Source of the DNA: Patescibacteria group bacterium | Lineage (GTDB): Bacteria; Patescibacteriota; UBA1384; XYA2-FULL-43-10 | Assembly: GCA_041674405.1 (NCBI GenBank) | Contig: JBAYVT010000004.1 | Location: 74,599-138,598 of the forward strand | DNA: 64,000 nucleotides | Reading direction: 5' to 3' | Shown: positions 1 through 8,281 of the stretch, piece by piece | Numbering within the stretch: position 1 is the first letter of the stretch | Layout: every line of letters begins with the position of its first letter | The notes under the pieces: generated by a model | The model's input: only the letters and a program-made list of their open reading frames with translations | Told to the model about the DNA's origin: nothing | The model's database searches: none | Made by a program: the position numbers and the translations under genes

Positions 1-823
1 TGGTGATGGCAAGATAAAAACATACGCCTGCAAAGAGGATAGATAAAAACGAAAGGCCTGGGTCTCCGTCCGTTAAAGGAGCTAGCCATCTGCCGCCCAC
101 CCAAAGCCAGAAGAGGGACACAACCGGCATAAATGTCCATTTCCAGAACATTTGCCACCATTGATTAAAAACGGACTTAGAGAGGGTTAAGACGCTGGCC
201 ATAAATGCGAGCGGTGCCAGTGCAACTAAGAAATATAGAACATAATTTCTAACGAAAAAGAAAAATGCCAGAACCAGCACCATTATCGCACCAGCGAATT
301 CAACCAAGGTCAAGACAAGAAAAAGGCCTATTTGTTTCCAATTGAGTGCCCCATTTGTTACCAGGGTGCTTTTATCGAAATTAGTAAGGAATGCCCCAGA
401 AATTCCATAATCATTATTACCTATTCCAGCTCCACCTGCAGGAGAATTTATCAGCATGCTCATCGCTGCGCTCGACAAGTCGACAATAAAGCGGCAAATC
501 AAGTAACTGAAGTTTGCAAGAACAACAGCCATCACCAGTGCGGGCAAGAATTTTTTGATCCCGTATGTATTTATGTTTAGCTGTAAAATGTTGGCAAATG
601 CGATAAAGATAAGAGCGGCAATCACAACATAATTTACCATGCTGCGGATAGATTCCCAGACCTCTTTGATTGTTGCCGAAGGACCGGTTGTGCCTTGAAG
701 TACCTGGTAGAGTAACTCAGCGTGAGCATGAGCTGGAAAAGCAAGCGTTATCACAAAAAGAATCAGGATGATCAAGTTTGCCATAGCCACGATTCGATAA
801 AATTTTTGCGATTTTGCACTCAT
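1..823 (-). CDS. Polytopic membrane protein, N-terminal part only (start at 823; the C-terminus runs off the window at position 1). It has a signal-like N-terminus followed by several TM helices. Possibly TrbL/VirB6-like; that call is very tentative.
   Basis: I translated the minus strand by hand from ATG 823..821 and it stays open to position 1: MSAKSQKFYRIVAMANLIILILFVITLAFPAHA... with repeated hydrophobic stretches. It is missing from the ORF track because no stop codon falls inside the window. The tabulated 332..580(+) ORF lies inside it on the opposite strand and is probably spurious. Confidence 0.5.
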   Translation of the reverse strand, partial: MSAKSQKFYRIVAMANLIILILFVITLAFPAHAHAELLYQVLQGTTGPSATIKEVWESIRSMVNYVVIAALIFIAFANILQLNINTYGIKKFLPALVMAVVLANFSYLICRFIVDLSSAAMSMLINSPAGGAGIGNNDYGISGAFLTNFDKSTLVTNGALNWKQIGLFLVLTLVEFAGAIMVLVLAFFFFVRNYVLYFLVALAPLAFMASVLTLSKSVFNQWWQMFWKWTFMPVVSLFWLWVGGRWLAPLTDGDPGLSFLSILFAGVCFYLAIT

Positions 824-838
824 TTGATTCTTGCCTAT

Positions 839-2731
839 TTAGTTGCTAGCCAAATTTTCATATTTTCCGGAATTAACCATGTTATTATAAACTTCTGAAA
901 ACAAAAGATAATTGTTCGCTCCTGTTCCCGCTAAGATGGCCTGGGAAGAGTAAATCGAGGGGACAAGATTCGCGGCTTTAAAAGTTGCAGTCAGCGTAGA
1001 AGTTAAGTCATCCCAGCCCTCAAAGGTAATAGTGGCCGATGAGTTATGTTGGCTATTTGGTATCCAATTTTTGGCTTGGTCTAAGGGTCCGATCTTTGCC
1101 CAAACACTGCCCCGTTGAGTCTGTGCTGCAGTCTTCAGTGCAGAGTACTTCGCAACATTTCTAAATTGAATTTTTGCTCGTAATACGTAGGCATAAGAGC
1201 TTCCTCCGCCTCCTGTTCCGCCTGCGGCGGTTCCGCTATCGGTTGTACCACCGCTAGGTGTACCACTAGTGGAATCCGTTCCAGTTCCGGAGGCTTCAGA
1301 GCTGGCAGGAGAGCTTTGTGGCTCACTGGCCTTGGCGCAGACATCAGTTTTGTTTGCCGAGGCTGATCCCGTTGCCTCGTCAGTGACTCCAAGCGATTTT
1401 TCCATTATTCCAAGTGACCAACAATAAAACGCGTTTGCCCAATTGTTTAGTATTATTGTCAGGCCGCAAAATGCACTAGCGATCATATTTACAATATATG
1501 ATTGGTCCGACACGTCGCATTCAGTTTTTCCGTCATTGGTCGAATTTAATCTTCCAGCATCCCAGAAACCCCTTGGGCCCATAACTAGCTGTAAACTGCA
1601 ATTTTTTGCTGCCGGGTCGCTAATACTTCCGTCAGCTCCAATCGTAACTTCATAATTCTGGTTCATAAAAATTTCCATATTGTTTTCTGTGGCTTGTCTT
1701 GCCTCTGACCAATCTTTGAAACCTCCTTGTGTGGGAGTATCGGGTCGGGTGACACTGTTCGGCTGGTCAGGGTTGTCATTTTTTAAGAAAAATTCCGGCA
1801 TAATTTTATAAGTTCCGGCCGGAAGGCCAGAGAGATCTGCGGACCACTGACCACTGGGTGTTCCCTCATTTGAAATCAAAACATATCCTTTGGAAATATT
1901 TCCCATCGAGGCATTTACATATGTATCAGTTGCAATTTTGAATTGGATGTAAACTGGCACATCTAGTGTCCTTGTGGCACCGGCGTCCATAAAATCCCCC
2001 GGCCATTGGACCTTGTCTTTTGGAGCCAGTTTTTTATCATTCTCAGAAAGTTTGTCCCAATAAACTGATTTCGAAAAATCAATCGCTGCAGTTCCACAGA
2101 TTTTAGTACCATTGGGGATTTTTTGGGTATAAAAATTGTTAACTTTTTGGAAAATTCCAGCCACATTGCTATTTTCAGCACCAACTCCACCGTTCATATA
2201 AAAGATATAATCTTTCATGCTTTGATCAAGAGTAGGGAGCTCTTTTGATGAAGTGCCCATGGTACTCGGAAGTACCTCATACGTTTTATTATCAGTCCCC
2301 CTGTGTAACCAGAGGTAAAAATCCTTACCCTGAAGGCTTTCCTTTTTGTACAACCCCAGGGTTTCGGCATTTTTAAAACGAACCCCCAGGTAGAATCCTG
2401 CTTGTCCTTGCATCTGATACATCAAGATGCCTTCGTCATCGGTGATACCCCCTACGGTTGCAACAACAGGTGGTAAACCATTAAATGGTTTACCTGCCTT
2501 CCATAGCTCACCAGAAATCTTTTGGGGAGATGAAAATTTGTGGCCCGTTTCTGTTGCCCCCAATTTTTCTGTAATAGTTGTGGAGGAAACGTCGAAGTAA
2601 TAATCATATTTTTGGCCTGGTGTGGGAATCATGGCTGCGCGCGCGCGGGGAGTTGTGTATGTAAACAACCCAAATAAGTTTGCTGATAGCAGCAAAACAG
2701 ATAAGGCCAAAGAATAAATTTTTTTAATCAC
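839..2731 (-). CDS. Secreted protein (630 aa) with an N-terminal signal peptide and a Ser/Thr/Gly/Pro-rich linker before the C-terminal domain. Function unknown.
   Basis: N-terminus MIKKIYSLALSVLLLSANLFG is signal-like. The low-complexity stretch SSPASSEASGTGTDSTSGTPSGGTTDSGTAAGGTGGGG is visible. I recognise no catalytic motif. Confidence 0.6.
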   Translation of the reverse strand: MIKKIYSLALSVLLLSANLFGLFTYTTPRARAAMIPTPGQKYDYYFDVSSTTITEKLGATETGHKFSSPQKISGELWKAGKPFNGLPPVVATVGGITDDEGILMYQMQGQAGFYLGVRFKNAETLGLYKKESLQGKDFYLWLHRGTDNKTYEVLPSTMGTSSKELPTLDQSMKDYIFYMNGGVGAENSNVAGIFQKVNNFYTQKIPNGTKICGTAAIDFSKSVYWDKLSENDKKLAPKDKVQWPGDFMDAGATRTLDVPVYIQFKIATDTYVNASMGNISKGYVLISNEGTPSGQWSADLSGLPAGTYKIMPEFFLKNDNPDQPNSVTRPDTPTQGGFKDWSEARQATENNMEIFMNQNYEVTIGADGSISDPAAKNCSLQLVMGPRGFWDAGRLNSTNDGKTECDVSDQSYIVNMIASAFCGLTIILNNWANAFYCWSLGIMEKSLGVTDEATGSASANKTDVCAKASEPQSSPASSEASGTGTDSTSGTPSGGTTDSGTAAGGTGGGGSSYAYVLRAKIQFRNVAKYSALKTAAQTQRGSVWAKIGPLDQAKNWIPNSQHNSSATITFEGWDDLTSTLTATFKAANLVPSIYSSQAILAGTGANNYLLFSEVYNNMVNSGKYENLASN

Positions 2732-2747
2732 ATCCCCTCCGAATACA

Positions 2748-3398
2748 CTATTTGTTCAGCTCGTCTAGATATTTTGTAACATTTTCATTGGTCGGCTCGG
2801 CTAATCTTGCTTTTTGCCAGGATTCTTCTGCTTTCCCCCTGTAAAATTCTCTTGATTCACCCGATATCTCTGCGTCCTTCATCATATAATAATTTGCAAG
2901 CCCCAGATATATCCACGCATCAGCGTAATTTTCGTCCATTTCGGTTGCGGTGGTCGCAACGAGTATTGCCAGGTCGGGTCGGCCGTTTTCAATGTAGGCT
3001 TTAGCATCTTTTACAGCTTCCGATTCATTTTGCGGAACCTTGTTGGCTTCTGAGAGATCGTTCAGCGCATCTATGTCATTAATCTCTCTGAAAAATGGCT
3101 CTAGTTTTGTAATGTCCTTTTCGCTTTCCCTGGCTATAATTGTCCGTTCGTTAGCCTTGCTGCTACCTGCCAGGAACGCTGCTTTGCGGTATTCGACTAA
3201 TGCAGATATAAATTTGCGATTTTTCAAAAAATCATCGCCCGAAGTTATATATTTATTTGTACCCGAAACTCTGGCGGGGCTTAAGGCGAAATACAAAATA
3301 ACAATCAGCAACAAGCCTATAACTGACCACAAAGCTGCTTTTTTCCATGATTTCTCCCCGAAATTATGCGGAGGTTTACGGGTGGCTACCTTTTTCAA
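2748..3398 (-). CDS. Membrane-anchored protein (216 aa) with a single N-terminal TM helix and a probable helical, TPR-like extracytoplasmic domain.
   Basis: N-terminal basic stretch followed by the hydrophobic segment WSVIGLLLIVILYFAL. The rest is helical, K/E/A-rich sequence. Confidence 0.5.
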   Translation of the reverse strand: MKKVATRKPPHNFGEKSWKKAALWSVIGLLLIVILYFALSPARVSGTNKYITSGDDFLKNRKFISALVEYRKAAFLAGSSKANERTIIARESEKDITKLEPFFREINDIDALNDLSEANKVPQNESEAVKDAKAYIENGRPDLAILVATTATEMDENYADAWIYLGLANYYMMKDAEISGESREFYRGKAEESWQKARLAEPTNENVTKYLDELNK

Positions 3399-3401
3399 GA
3401 A

Positions 3402-4223
3402 TTATCTCACAAAATAAACTATAACGACAACCAGCGCCACGATAACCCTATACCAAGTAAATATGGCGTAATTTCCCTTTTGCAAATATTGTAACAGATA
3501 TTTTATTGCAATAAAACCAAATATTGCTGAAGTTAAAATTCCGACAAAAAATCCGGCATCCAACATCCCGGCATCAATGTGGCGAAATTTAAATAGCGAG
3601 GTTCCTAGCATGATTGGGGCGGCCAGAAGGAATGAAAATCTGGCGCTATCTGGCCTGGTCAAGCCTATTGCCCTTCCTGCGGCCATCGTTGATCCGGCTC
3701 GTGATACTCCGGGTACAATCGCCAACATTTGGGCCAAACCAACTAGTAATCCGAGCTTATAGTTTACAGCTTTTAGCTGATAGCTTCTTTTTGCATATCG
3801 ATCAATCATCCAAATAATAATACCAAAGACGGCTAGATTGATAGCAACAAGAAGCGGATTACGAAAAATCGTTTCGGCATTTTTTTCCAAAAGCACTCCG
3901 GCAATAGATCCCGGAATTGTGGCAACAATGATGATCCAAAGAAGATTCTTTGGATAGCTGCTAGCTGTTAGCTGTAAGCTGTCAGCTTTTTCCGACCCGC
4001 TCTTACTTGAGAATGCCGATCGGAAAATATTCACCCAGTCTTTCCAAAAAAAGGCGATGATAGCGAGGAGTGTGCCGAAATGCAGCGCGACGTCAAATGT
4101 TAATCCGAAATCTTGCCAGTGAAAAAGCCATGGCGTAAGAACAAGGTGCGCGGACGAGGAAATCGGTAAAAACTCGGTGATTCCTTGAATAATTCCAAGG
4201 ATTGCAGGCTGAATTATGCTCAT
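3402..4223 (-). CDS. uppP: Undecaprenyl-diphosphatase (UppP/BacA).
   Basis: MSIIQPAILGIIQGITEFLPISSSAHLVL... is the canonical BacA N-terminal motif. It is polytopic. The start is taken at MSIIQ (4223), which overlaps the upstream PAP2 stop as ATGA. The protein carries an in-frame heptamer-repeat insert (SLQLTASSYP). Confidence 0.85.
   Translation of the reverse strand: MSIIQPAILGIIQGITEFLPISSSAHLVLTPWLFHWQDFGLTFDVALHFGTLLAIIAFFWKDWVNIFRSAFSSKSGSEKADSLQLTASSYPKNLLWIIIVATIPGSIAGVLLEKNAETIFRNPLLVAINLAVFGIIIWMIDRYAKRSYQLKAVNYKLGLLVGLAQMLAIVPGVSRAGSTMAAGRAIGLTRPDSARFSFLLAAPIMLGTSLFKFRHIDAGMLDAGFFVGILTSAIFGFIAIKYLLQYLQKGNYAIFTWYRVIVALVVVIVYFVR
3954..3987. repeat. (GCTGTNA)n heptamer repeat, in frame in uppP.
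   Basis: atagctgctagctgttagctgtaagctgtcagct. Confidence 0.75.
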
Positions 4224-4795
4224 GAAACGTCCTCCAGTTTCCAATATTTTTGAGATTTATGCACAAAAAGAAATGAAAAAATGCCCGATGCTATTCCGAG
4301 AAGTGCTCCCCCTATAACATCGGAGGGATAATGTAGCCCTACGCCAATTCGGGAAATTGCAACCAAAATTGCAACGGCAAATAAAAATACTCCCAGTTTC
4401 TTGTGTCCATACAAAAATATTGCCGTTGCAATTGCAAAGGCAATATAGGTGTGAGAAGACGAAAAAGATGAGGTATGAATGCTAATATTTACATTTTCAG
4501 GGAAAACAAGCTCGGGATGAGAGATAAACGGACGGGGACGGCTCCAGAATATTGAAATAATAATGTCCGTAATCAAGGCCACCCCTGTTGCTAGAGCGGC
4601 GCCTATCAGAGCATTGATCCTTCTTTGCCAGATTAAATATATTGTTGAGAGGACCGAGATTATTACCCCGTAAGCAGCAAAAAAATAGAACAAAAGGCCA
4701 AGTGCGGGGTAGTTCAAATTTGCCCTATGGAAATAAAGGTATAACGTAAAATCGTAATGTCTGATTGCATCAAATAAATTCTGCATTAAATTCAT
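4220..4795 (-). CDS. PAP2-family membrane phosphatase (type-2 phosphatidic acid / undecaprenyl-PP phosphatase-like).
   Basis: Polytopic, with PAP2 signature blocks (...SFSSSHT..., ...GLHYPSDVIGGALLG...). It is translationally coupled (ATGA) to the downstream uppP. Confidence 0.7.
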   Translation of the reverse strand: MNLMQNLFDAIRHYDFTLYLYFHRANLNYPALGLLFYFFAAYGVIISVLSTIYLIWQRRINALIGAALATGVALITDIIISIFWSRPRPFISHPELVFPENVNISIHTSSFSSSHTYIAFAIATAIFLYGHKKLGVFLFAVAILVAISRIGVGLHYPSDVIGGALLGIASGIFSFLFVHKSQKYWKLEDVS

Positions 4796-4806
4796 TCTAG
4801 CACAGA

Positions 4807-4815
4807 TGGTATAAT
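4807..4815 (+). promoter_or_regulatory. Extended -10 promoter (TGgTATAAT) placed so that transcription would begin at or beside the recombinase ATG, giving a leaderless mRNA.
   Basis: TGGTATAAT lies at 4807-4815. ATGs follow at 4814 and 4823. There is no room for a Shine-Dalgarno sequence. The divergent PAP2 start is only 18 bp away. Confidence 0.45.
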
Positions 4816-5884
4816 GGTGGCTATGAAAGACCTTTTTAGGTTGAAGCGAGAATTTTTAGAATACTGCGAGATTGAAAAGGGCCAATCTCTTTTGACGATT
4901 GAAAATTATGACAGATACCTGTCTCGTTTTTTAACTTGGCTAAAAACCGAGAAAACTCAAAACTCAATCCGCCAACCGGCGGGCAAAAGCCAAAACAAAG
5001 GGAGTGCACTACAGACTACAGACTACAGACTACGGACTTCTGATATTGACCAGGAGATTATTCGCAAATATCGTCTATACATCAATCGTTTGCAGGGGGC
5101 GGATGGCAGAGAACTTAAGGCAACGACACAGAATCACCATATTTTGGCCTTGAGGGCATTTTTGCGCTACCTTTCCTTTTCCGGTGAGAAGGTAATTTCG
5201 CCGGAAAAATTGACATTGGCCAAAACCGGAGATCGGGAAGTGAGTTTTCTGAACAAGGAGGAATATCTGCGCCTGCTTGATGCCCCGAATACCGCGAATT
5301 TGAATGGCCTACGTGATAAATCAATGCTTGAGCTTTTGTTTTCGACCGGTTTGCGCGTTTCTGAGCTTTGCGGCCTCAAGCTGGGGCAGATGAATTTTGA
5401 CAAAGGAGAAATTGCTGTTCTGGGAAAAGGGAAAAAACTGAGAGTAGTATTCTTGTCAGATGTTACGCTCAAATATTTGGCCGACTATCTTGTAAACCGC
5501 AAAGTTTTGAAAATTATCGCTGACGACAGCTCAAGTCAATTGCAATATTTTATTTCAGAAACTTATAAAGATGATCCAGTTTTTCTTTCAAATCGCAAGA
5601 ATCCAATCAAACCCAGAGCAGTGGAGCGCCTGGTACAGAAATATGCCAAAGTTGCCGGAATTACTAAAACAGTCACGCCCCACACTCTTCGCCACACTTT
5701 CGCAACTGACTTGCTCGGTGCTGGTGCTGACATTCGTAGCGTTCAATCGCTTTTAGGGCATTCTAATATTTCCACGACTCAAGTCTATACTCACGTCACC
5801 GACAAACACCTGAGGGAGATACACCAGAAATTCCACGATCGATCTCGTATAGAAGTAGATGAGGAACAAAAAAATTCGGGTTAA
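4814..5884 (+). CDS. Tyrosine site-specific recombinase of the XerC/XerD-like integrase family.
   Basis: C-terminal catalytic box HTLRHTFATDLLGAGADIRSVQSLLGHSNISTTQVYTHV (R..HxxR..Y). The N-terminal core-binding domain carries the in-frame insert ...ALQTTDYRLRTSD... from the (GACTACR)n repeat. An alternative start is ATG 4823. Confidence 0.85.
   Translation: MVAMKDLFRLKREFLEYCEIEKGQSLLTIENYDRYLSRFLTWLKTEKTQNSIRQPAGKSQNKGSALQTTDYRLRTSDIDQEIIRKYRLYINRLQGADGRELKATTQNHHILALRAFLRYLSFSGEKVISPEKLTLAKTGDREVSFLNKEEYLRLLDAPNTANLNGLRDKSMLELLFSTGLRVSELCGLKLGQMNFDKGEIAVLGKGKKLRVVFLSDVTLKYLADYLVNRKVLKIIADDSSSQLQYFISETYKDDPVFLSNRKNPIKPRAVERLVQKYAKVAGITKTVTPHTLRHTFATDLLGAGADIRSVQSLLGHSNISTTQVYTHVTDKHLREIHQKFHDRSRIEVDEEQKNSG
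5007..5032. repeat. (GACTACR)n heptamer tandem repeat inserted in frame into the recombinase gene.
   Basis: cactacagactacagactacggact encodes LQTTDYRLRT. Confidence 0.8.
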
Positions 5885-5911
5885 ACCGAATTTTTTAATA
5901 TCCAATATTGA

Positions 5912-6082
5912 TTAATTGTTATCTGGTATATCATTCCACATATCGAATACTTCTACCTGGCAAATCGCCACCTCTTTGGGGCAGTTGGCGATTTCTGTTT
6001 TGATCTGCTCGATACGATGAAAATTCGAATTCACAGGAATTTTTGTTTTTGTATCTTCAATTTTATTTACTTTGAGTTTCAT
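5912..6082 (-). CDS. Small hypothetical protein (56 aa). It is below the ORF-track length cutoff.
   Basis: Hand translation gives MKLKVNKIEDTKTKIPVNSNFHRIEQIKTEIANCPKEVAICQVEVFDMWNDIPDNN. I recognise no family. Confidence 0.3.
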   Translation of the reverse strand: MKLKVNKIEDTKTKIPVNSNFHRIEQIKTEIANCPKEVAICQVEVFDMWNDIPDNN

Positions 6083-6106
6083 TTTTGTTTTGCCTTCGGC
6101 AATTAC

Positions 6107-6187
6107 TTATGAACATAAGAACTTATGAACGGAAGAACAATTTTATGTTTCGGTTCTTCAGTCCTTCGGTTCTTCAGTTTCCGAAGG
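6107..6187. repeat. Intergenic block of direct and inverted short repeats (TTATGAAC..AAGAAC twice; CGGTTCTTCAGT twice). It shares the 11-mer GAAGAACCGAA / TTCGGTTCTTC with the ValRS in-frame insert.
   Basis: Read directly. GAAGAAC...GTTCTTC can form a 7-bp hairpin. Confidence 0.7.
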
Positions 6188-6202
6188 GATTAGATCATTA
6201 TA

Positions 6203-6240
6203 ACAAAAACGACACCCCGTGTCAACCAGTGACACGGGGT
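6203..6240 (-). terminator. Rho-independent terminator for the minus-strand GC-rich membrane-protein gene.
   Basis: 11-bp perfect stem accccgtgtca / tgacacggggt with loop accag. On the minus strand it is followed by cgtttttgtta. Confidence 0.7.
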
Positions 6241-6296
6241 ACAGCTCTCGTCTATTCCGTTGTGGCCCAGTCTTGAGCTTGGCGGTTGGTTGGGGG

Positions 6297-6791
6297 TTAT
6301 CCGGCACCCCCGTTCCAGTGTTTACCCAGCTCCGGAGGCTCCTCCGGCTGGATGTGCGGCTGTCCGGCGGGCGTCGGCGGATCAGCTCGTCTTGTTCGTT
6401 TGCGACAAGCAAGGACAACGATCGCCAGCCCAGCCAGAATAGCCAAGGTAACTCTGTAGTTCCCTGCCAGGCCCAGAGTGATCACCAGGGCCCCGATACA
6501 CCACAGCATTGCCTTAGCCGACATCTCCCTGCTCTGTTCCCTGCTATTGTCGATACCACGGCTACTGCCCATGGTCGCTCCTTTCCTCAATTTCGGAATT
6601 CGCTTCAGAAGTTGCGAGAGTGCCAGTGGCCAATTTGTCCGAAGGACAACAAATATGGCTGCTGCGCAGGCAAGGGCAAAAACGATCATTGCGAAGTAGG
6701 CAAGAATCCCGATCGAGTTGAGTGTCCCGATCGTGAATATTGCTGTGAACGTTCCGACAAGCAACCCACTCGACGATTTTTGTGGCAACAA
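6297..6791 (-). CDS. Hypothetical membrane protein (164 aa, about 4 TM) lying in GC-rich cassette A.
   Basis: Hydrophobic helices (LLVGTFTAIFTIGTLNSIGILAYFAMIVFALACAAAIFVVL; AMLWCIGALVITLGLAG; LAILAGLAIVVLAC). The opposite-strand ORFs are Arg/Ser-rich and implausible. The terminator orientation matches this strand. Confidence 0.5.
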   Translation of the reverse strand: MLPQKSSSGLLVGTFTAIFTIGTLNSIGILAYFAMIVFALACAAAIFVVLRTNWPLALSQLLKRIPKLRKGATMGSSRGIDNSREQSREMSAKAMLWCIGALVITLGLAGNYRVTLAILAGLAIVVLACRKRTRRADPPTPAGQPHIQPEEPPELGKHWNGGAG

Positions 6792-6880
6792 TTTCGACCT
6801 CCTGAGGGACGGGCTTGTTTGTTCGCAGAAACAAAAAACACAACGAGCAACAACTAGAAATCCAGGGTGTTACCGCTGTG

Positions 6881-8209
6881 TCACCTGTCTTCTCCAAACA
6901 AACGGATAAGTTCCTCACGTACGACCTTGCGGTCGGAGTAGGGAACGAACTCATGTAAGCCGACTGCCATCACTTCTTCTGCTCCTTTTCCAGTAACGAC
7001 AACAACATCATTTTTTTTTGCTTCCTTTATCGCTTTGTGAATAGCTTGTTTTCGATCGAGGACTTTCCAATAATTTCGATTCAACCGCCACTGATGTTTC
7101 TTGCCGCCGCGGAAAATACCCTCTGAAACCTGCTCGATAATATCGGCAGGATTCTCGTCATACGGATCTTCGTCGGTAAAAATCACCAGATCAGCATAGT
7201 GTCCGGCAAGCGCGCCCATGATCGGGCGCTTAGTCTTGTCTCTATGGCCGGTGGCACCAAGCACGGCGATCAATCGCCCACCAGTTTTTTGTATGCTATC
7301 AGTCACTGTTTCATAAACATTTTTCAGGGAATCGGCGTTGTGGGCATAGTCCACGATTACGGTAAAGTCTTGTTTTTTACTTACTTTAATCGATTCCATT
7401 CTCCCGGTAACTCCGGACATATTCTCAAGTCCCATCCTAGTCTTTTCTGTATCGAGTCCCAAGGCAAGACCGACAGAAAATGCGGCTAAAGCATTTAGAA
7501 CGTTAAAAATTCCTGGCATTTTCAAGTTGATTGTGGACTGGCCATTGTCGTATGCGGCAGTGAAAGTAACGCTCTCGGGAGAGGTCAATATTTTTCTTGC
7601 AACCGCTCCGTGATCAACCTGCTTCTTAACTGAGTACAAAAATTTTTCGGAGGCTGGGAGAGAGTAGAATTTATTCCATTCTGCGTCATCACTATTGATA
7701 ATAAATTTTGCTTTTGGGTGATCGCGGAAAAGTTTAAGTTTGGCGTTCAGATAGTTCTCTTTGGTTTTGTGATACTCCATGTGCTCGTGCGAAAGGTTGG
7801 TGTAAACCAACACATCGAAATCGATTCCATAAATCCTGTTTTGGTCGATCGCTTGTGAAGTCACCTCTAAAATTGCATATTCACACTTATTGGCCACCGC
7901 TCTTTTCAAAAATCTTTGAATCACATCGGAGGGAGGAGTTGTTACCCATCGATCTTTGGTTTTGTGCGCGGTTATTTCGTCGTTTATTTTCGTATTGATG
8001 GTTGTTTCCATCGCGTTTTTGATGCCATTGGCATCGAGAACAGAAGCGATCATATTACAAACGGTGGTTTTCCCTTTGGTACCGGTAACGCCGATTACTT
8101 TGAGTTTTTTCGCCGGGTGGCCATATTTAAAACCGGCCCATGAAGCCTCAGCTCTGTGGAGCTTGTTTTTCGTTTTCTGCGATAAAATTTTAGATATTAG
8201 TCGTTTCAT
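6881..8209 (-). CDS. murE: Mur ligase, most likely MurE (UDP-MurNAc-L-Ala-D-Glu:diamino-acid ligase), with a shortened N-terminal domain.
   Basis: P-loop VIGVTGTKGKTT, the Mur-ligase middle domain, and VDYAHNADSL, which matches the MurE DYAHTPDAL block. At 442 aa it is about 50 aa shorter than typical MurE. Confidence 0.7.
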   Translation of the reverse strand: MKRLISKILSQKTKNKLHRAEASWAGFKYGHPAKKLKVIGVTGTKGKTTVCNMIASVLDANGIKNAMETTINTKINDEITAHKTKDRWVTTPPSDVIQRFLKRAVANKCEYAILEVTSQAIDQNRIYGIDFDVLVYTNLSHEHMEYHKTKENYLNAKLKLFRDHPKAKFIINSDDAEWNKFYSLPASEKFLYSVKKQVDHGAVARKILTSPESVTFTAAYDNGQSTINLKMPGIFNVLNALAAFSVGLALGLDTEKTRMGLENMSGVTGRMESIKVSKKQDFTVIVDYAHNADSLKNVYETVTDSIQKTGGRLIAVLGATGHRDKTKRPIMGALAGHYADLVIFTDEDPYDENPADIIEQVSEGIFRGGKKHQWRLNRNYWKVLDRKQAIHKAIKEAKKNDVVVVTGKGAEEVMAVGLHEFVPYSDRKVVREELIRLFGEDR

Positions 8210-8214
8210 ATTTT

Positions 8215-8281
8215 ATTGCTAAATTGCTGTATTGCTAAATTGCTTACACAACAATTTGACAATTTAACCATTTAACAATTT
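8215..8281. repeat. Tandem 7-8 bp repeats in the murE upstream region (ATTGCTAAATTGCTGTATTGCTAAATTGCT; CAATTTGACAATTTAACCATTTAACAATTT).
   Basis: Read directly. They sit directly 5' of the murE ATG at 8209 on the minus strand. Confidence 0.6.

Noticed and set aside
332-580. 82-aa plus-strand ORF near the window start
   Set aside because: It lies entirely within, and antisense to, a long minus-strand membrane-protein ORF (1..823) that has a convincing signal peptide and TM helices.
6219-6857. Plus-strand 212-aa ORF (and other opposite-strand ORFs) inside GC-rich cassettes, for example 29993..30355, 30151..30777, 57234..57878, 57673..58353, 58047..58391, 58605..59135, 11590..11858 and 15883..16158
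   Set aside because: Their translations are Arg/Ser/Gly/Pro-rich with no hydrophobic-core periodicity. This is the typical antisense or out-of-frame artefact in GC-rich DNA. The partner-strand ORFs have sensible composition and lipobox, TM or GNAT motifs, and the terminators are oriented for them.
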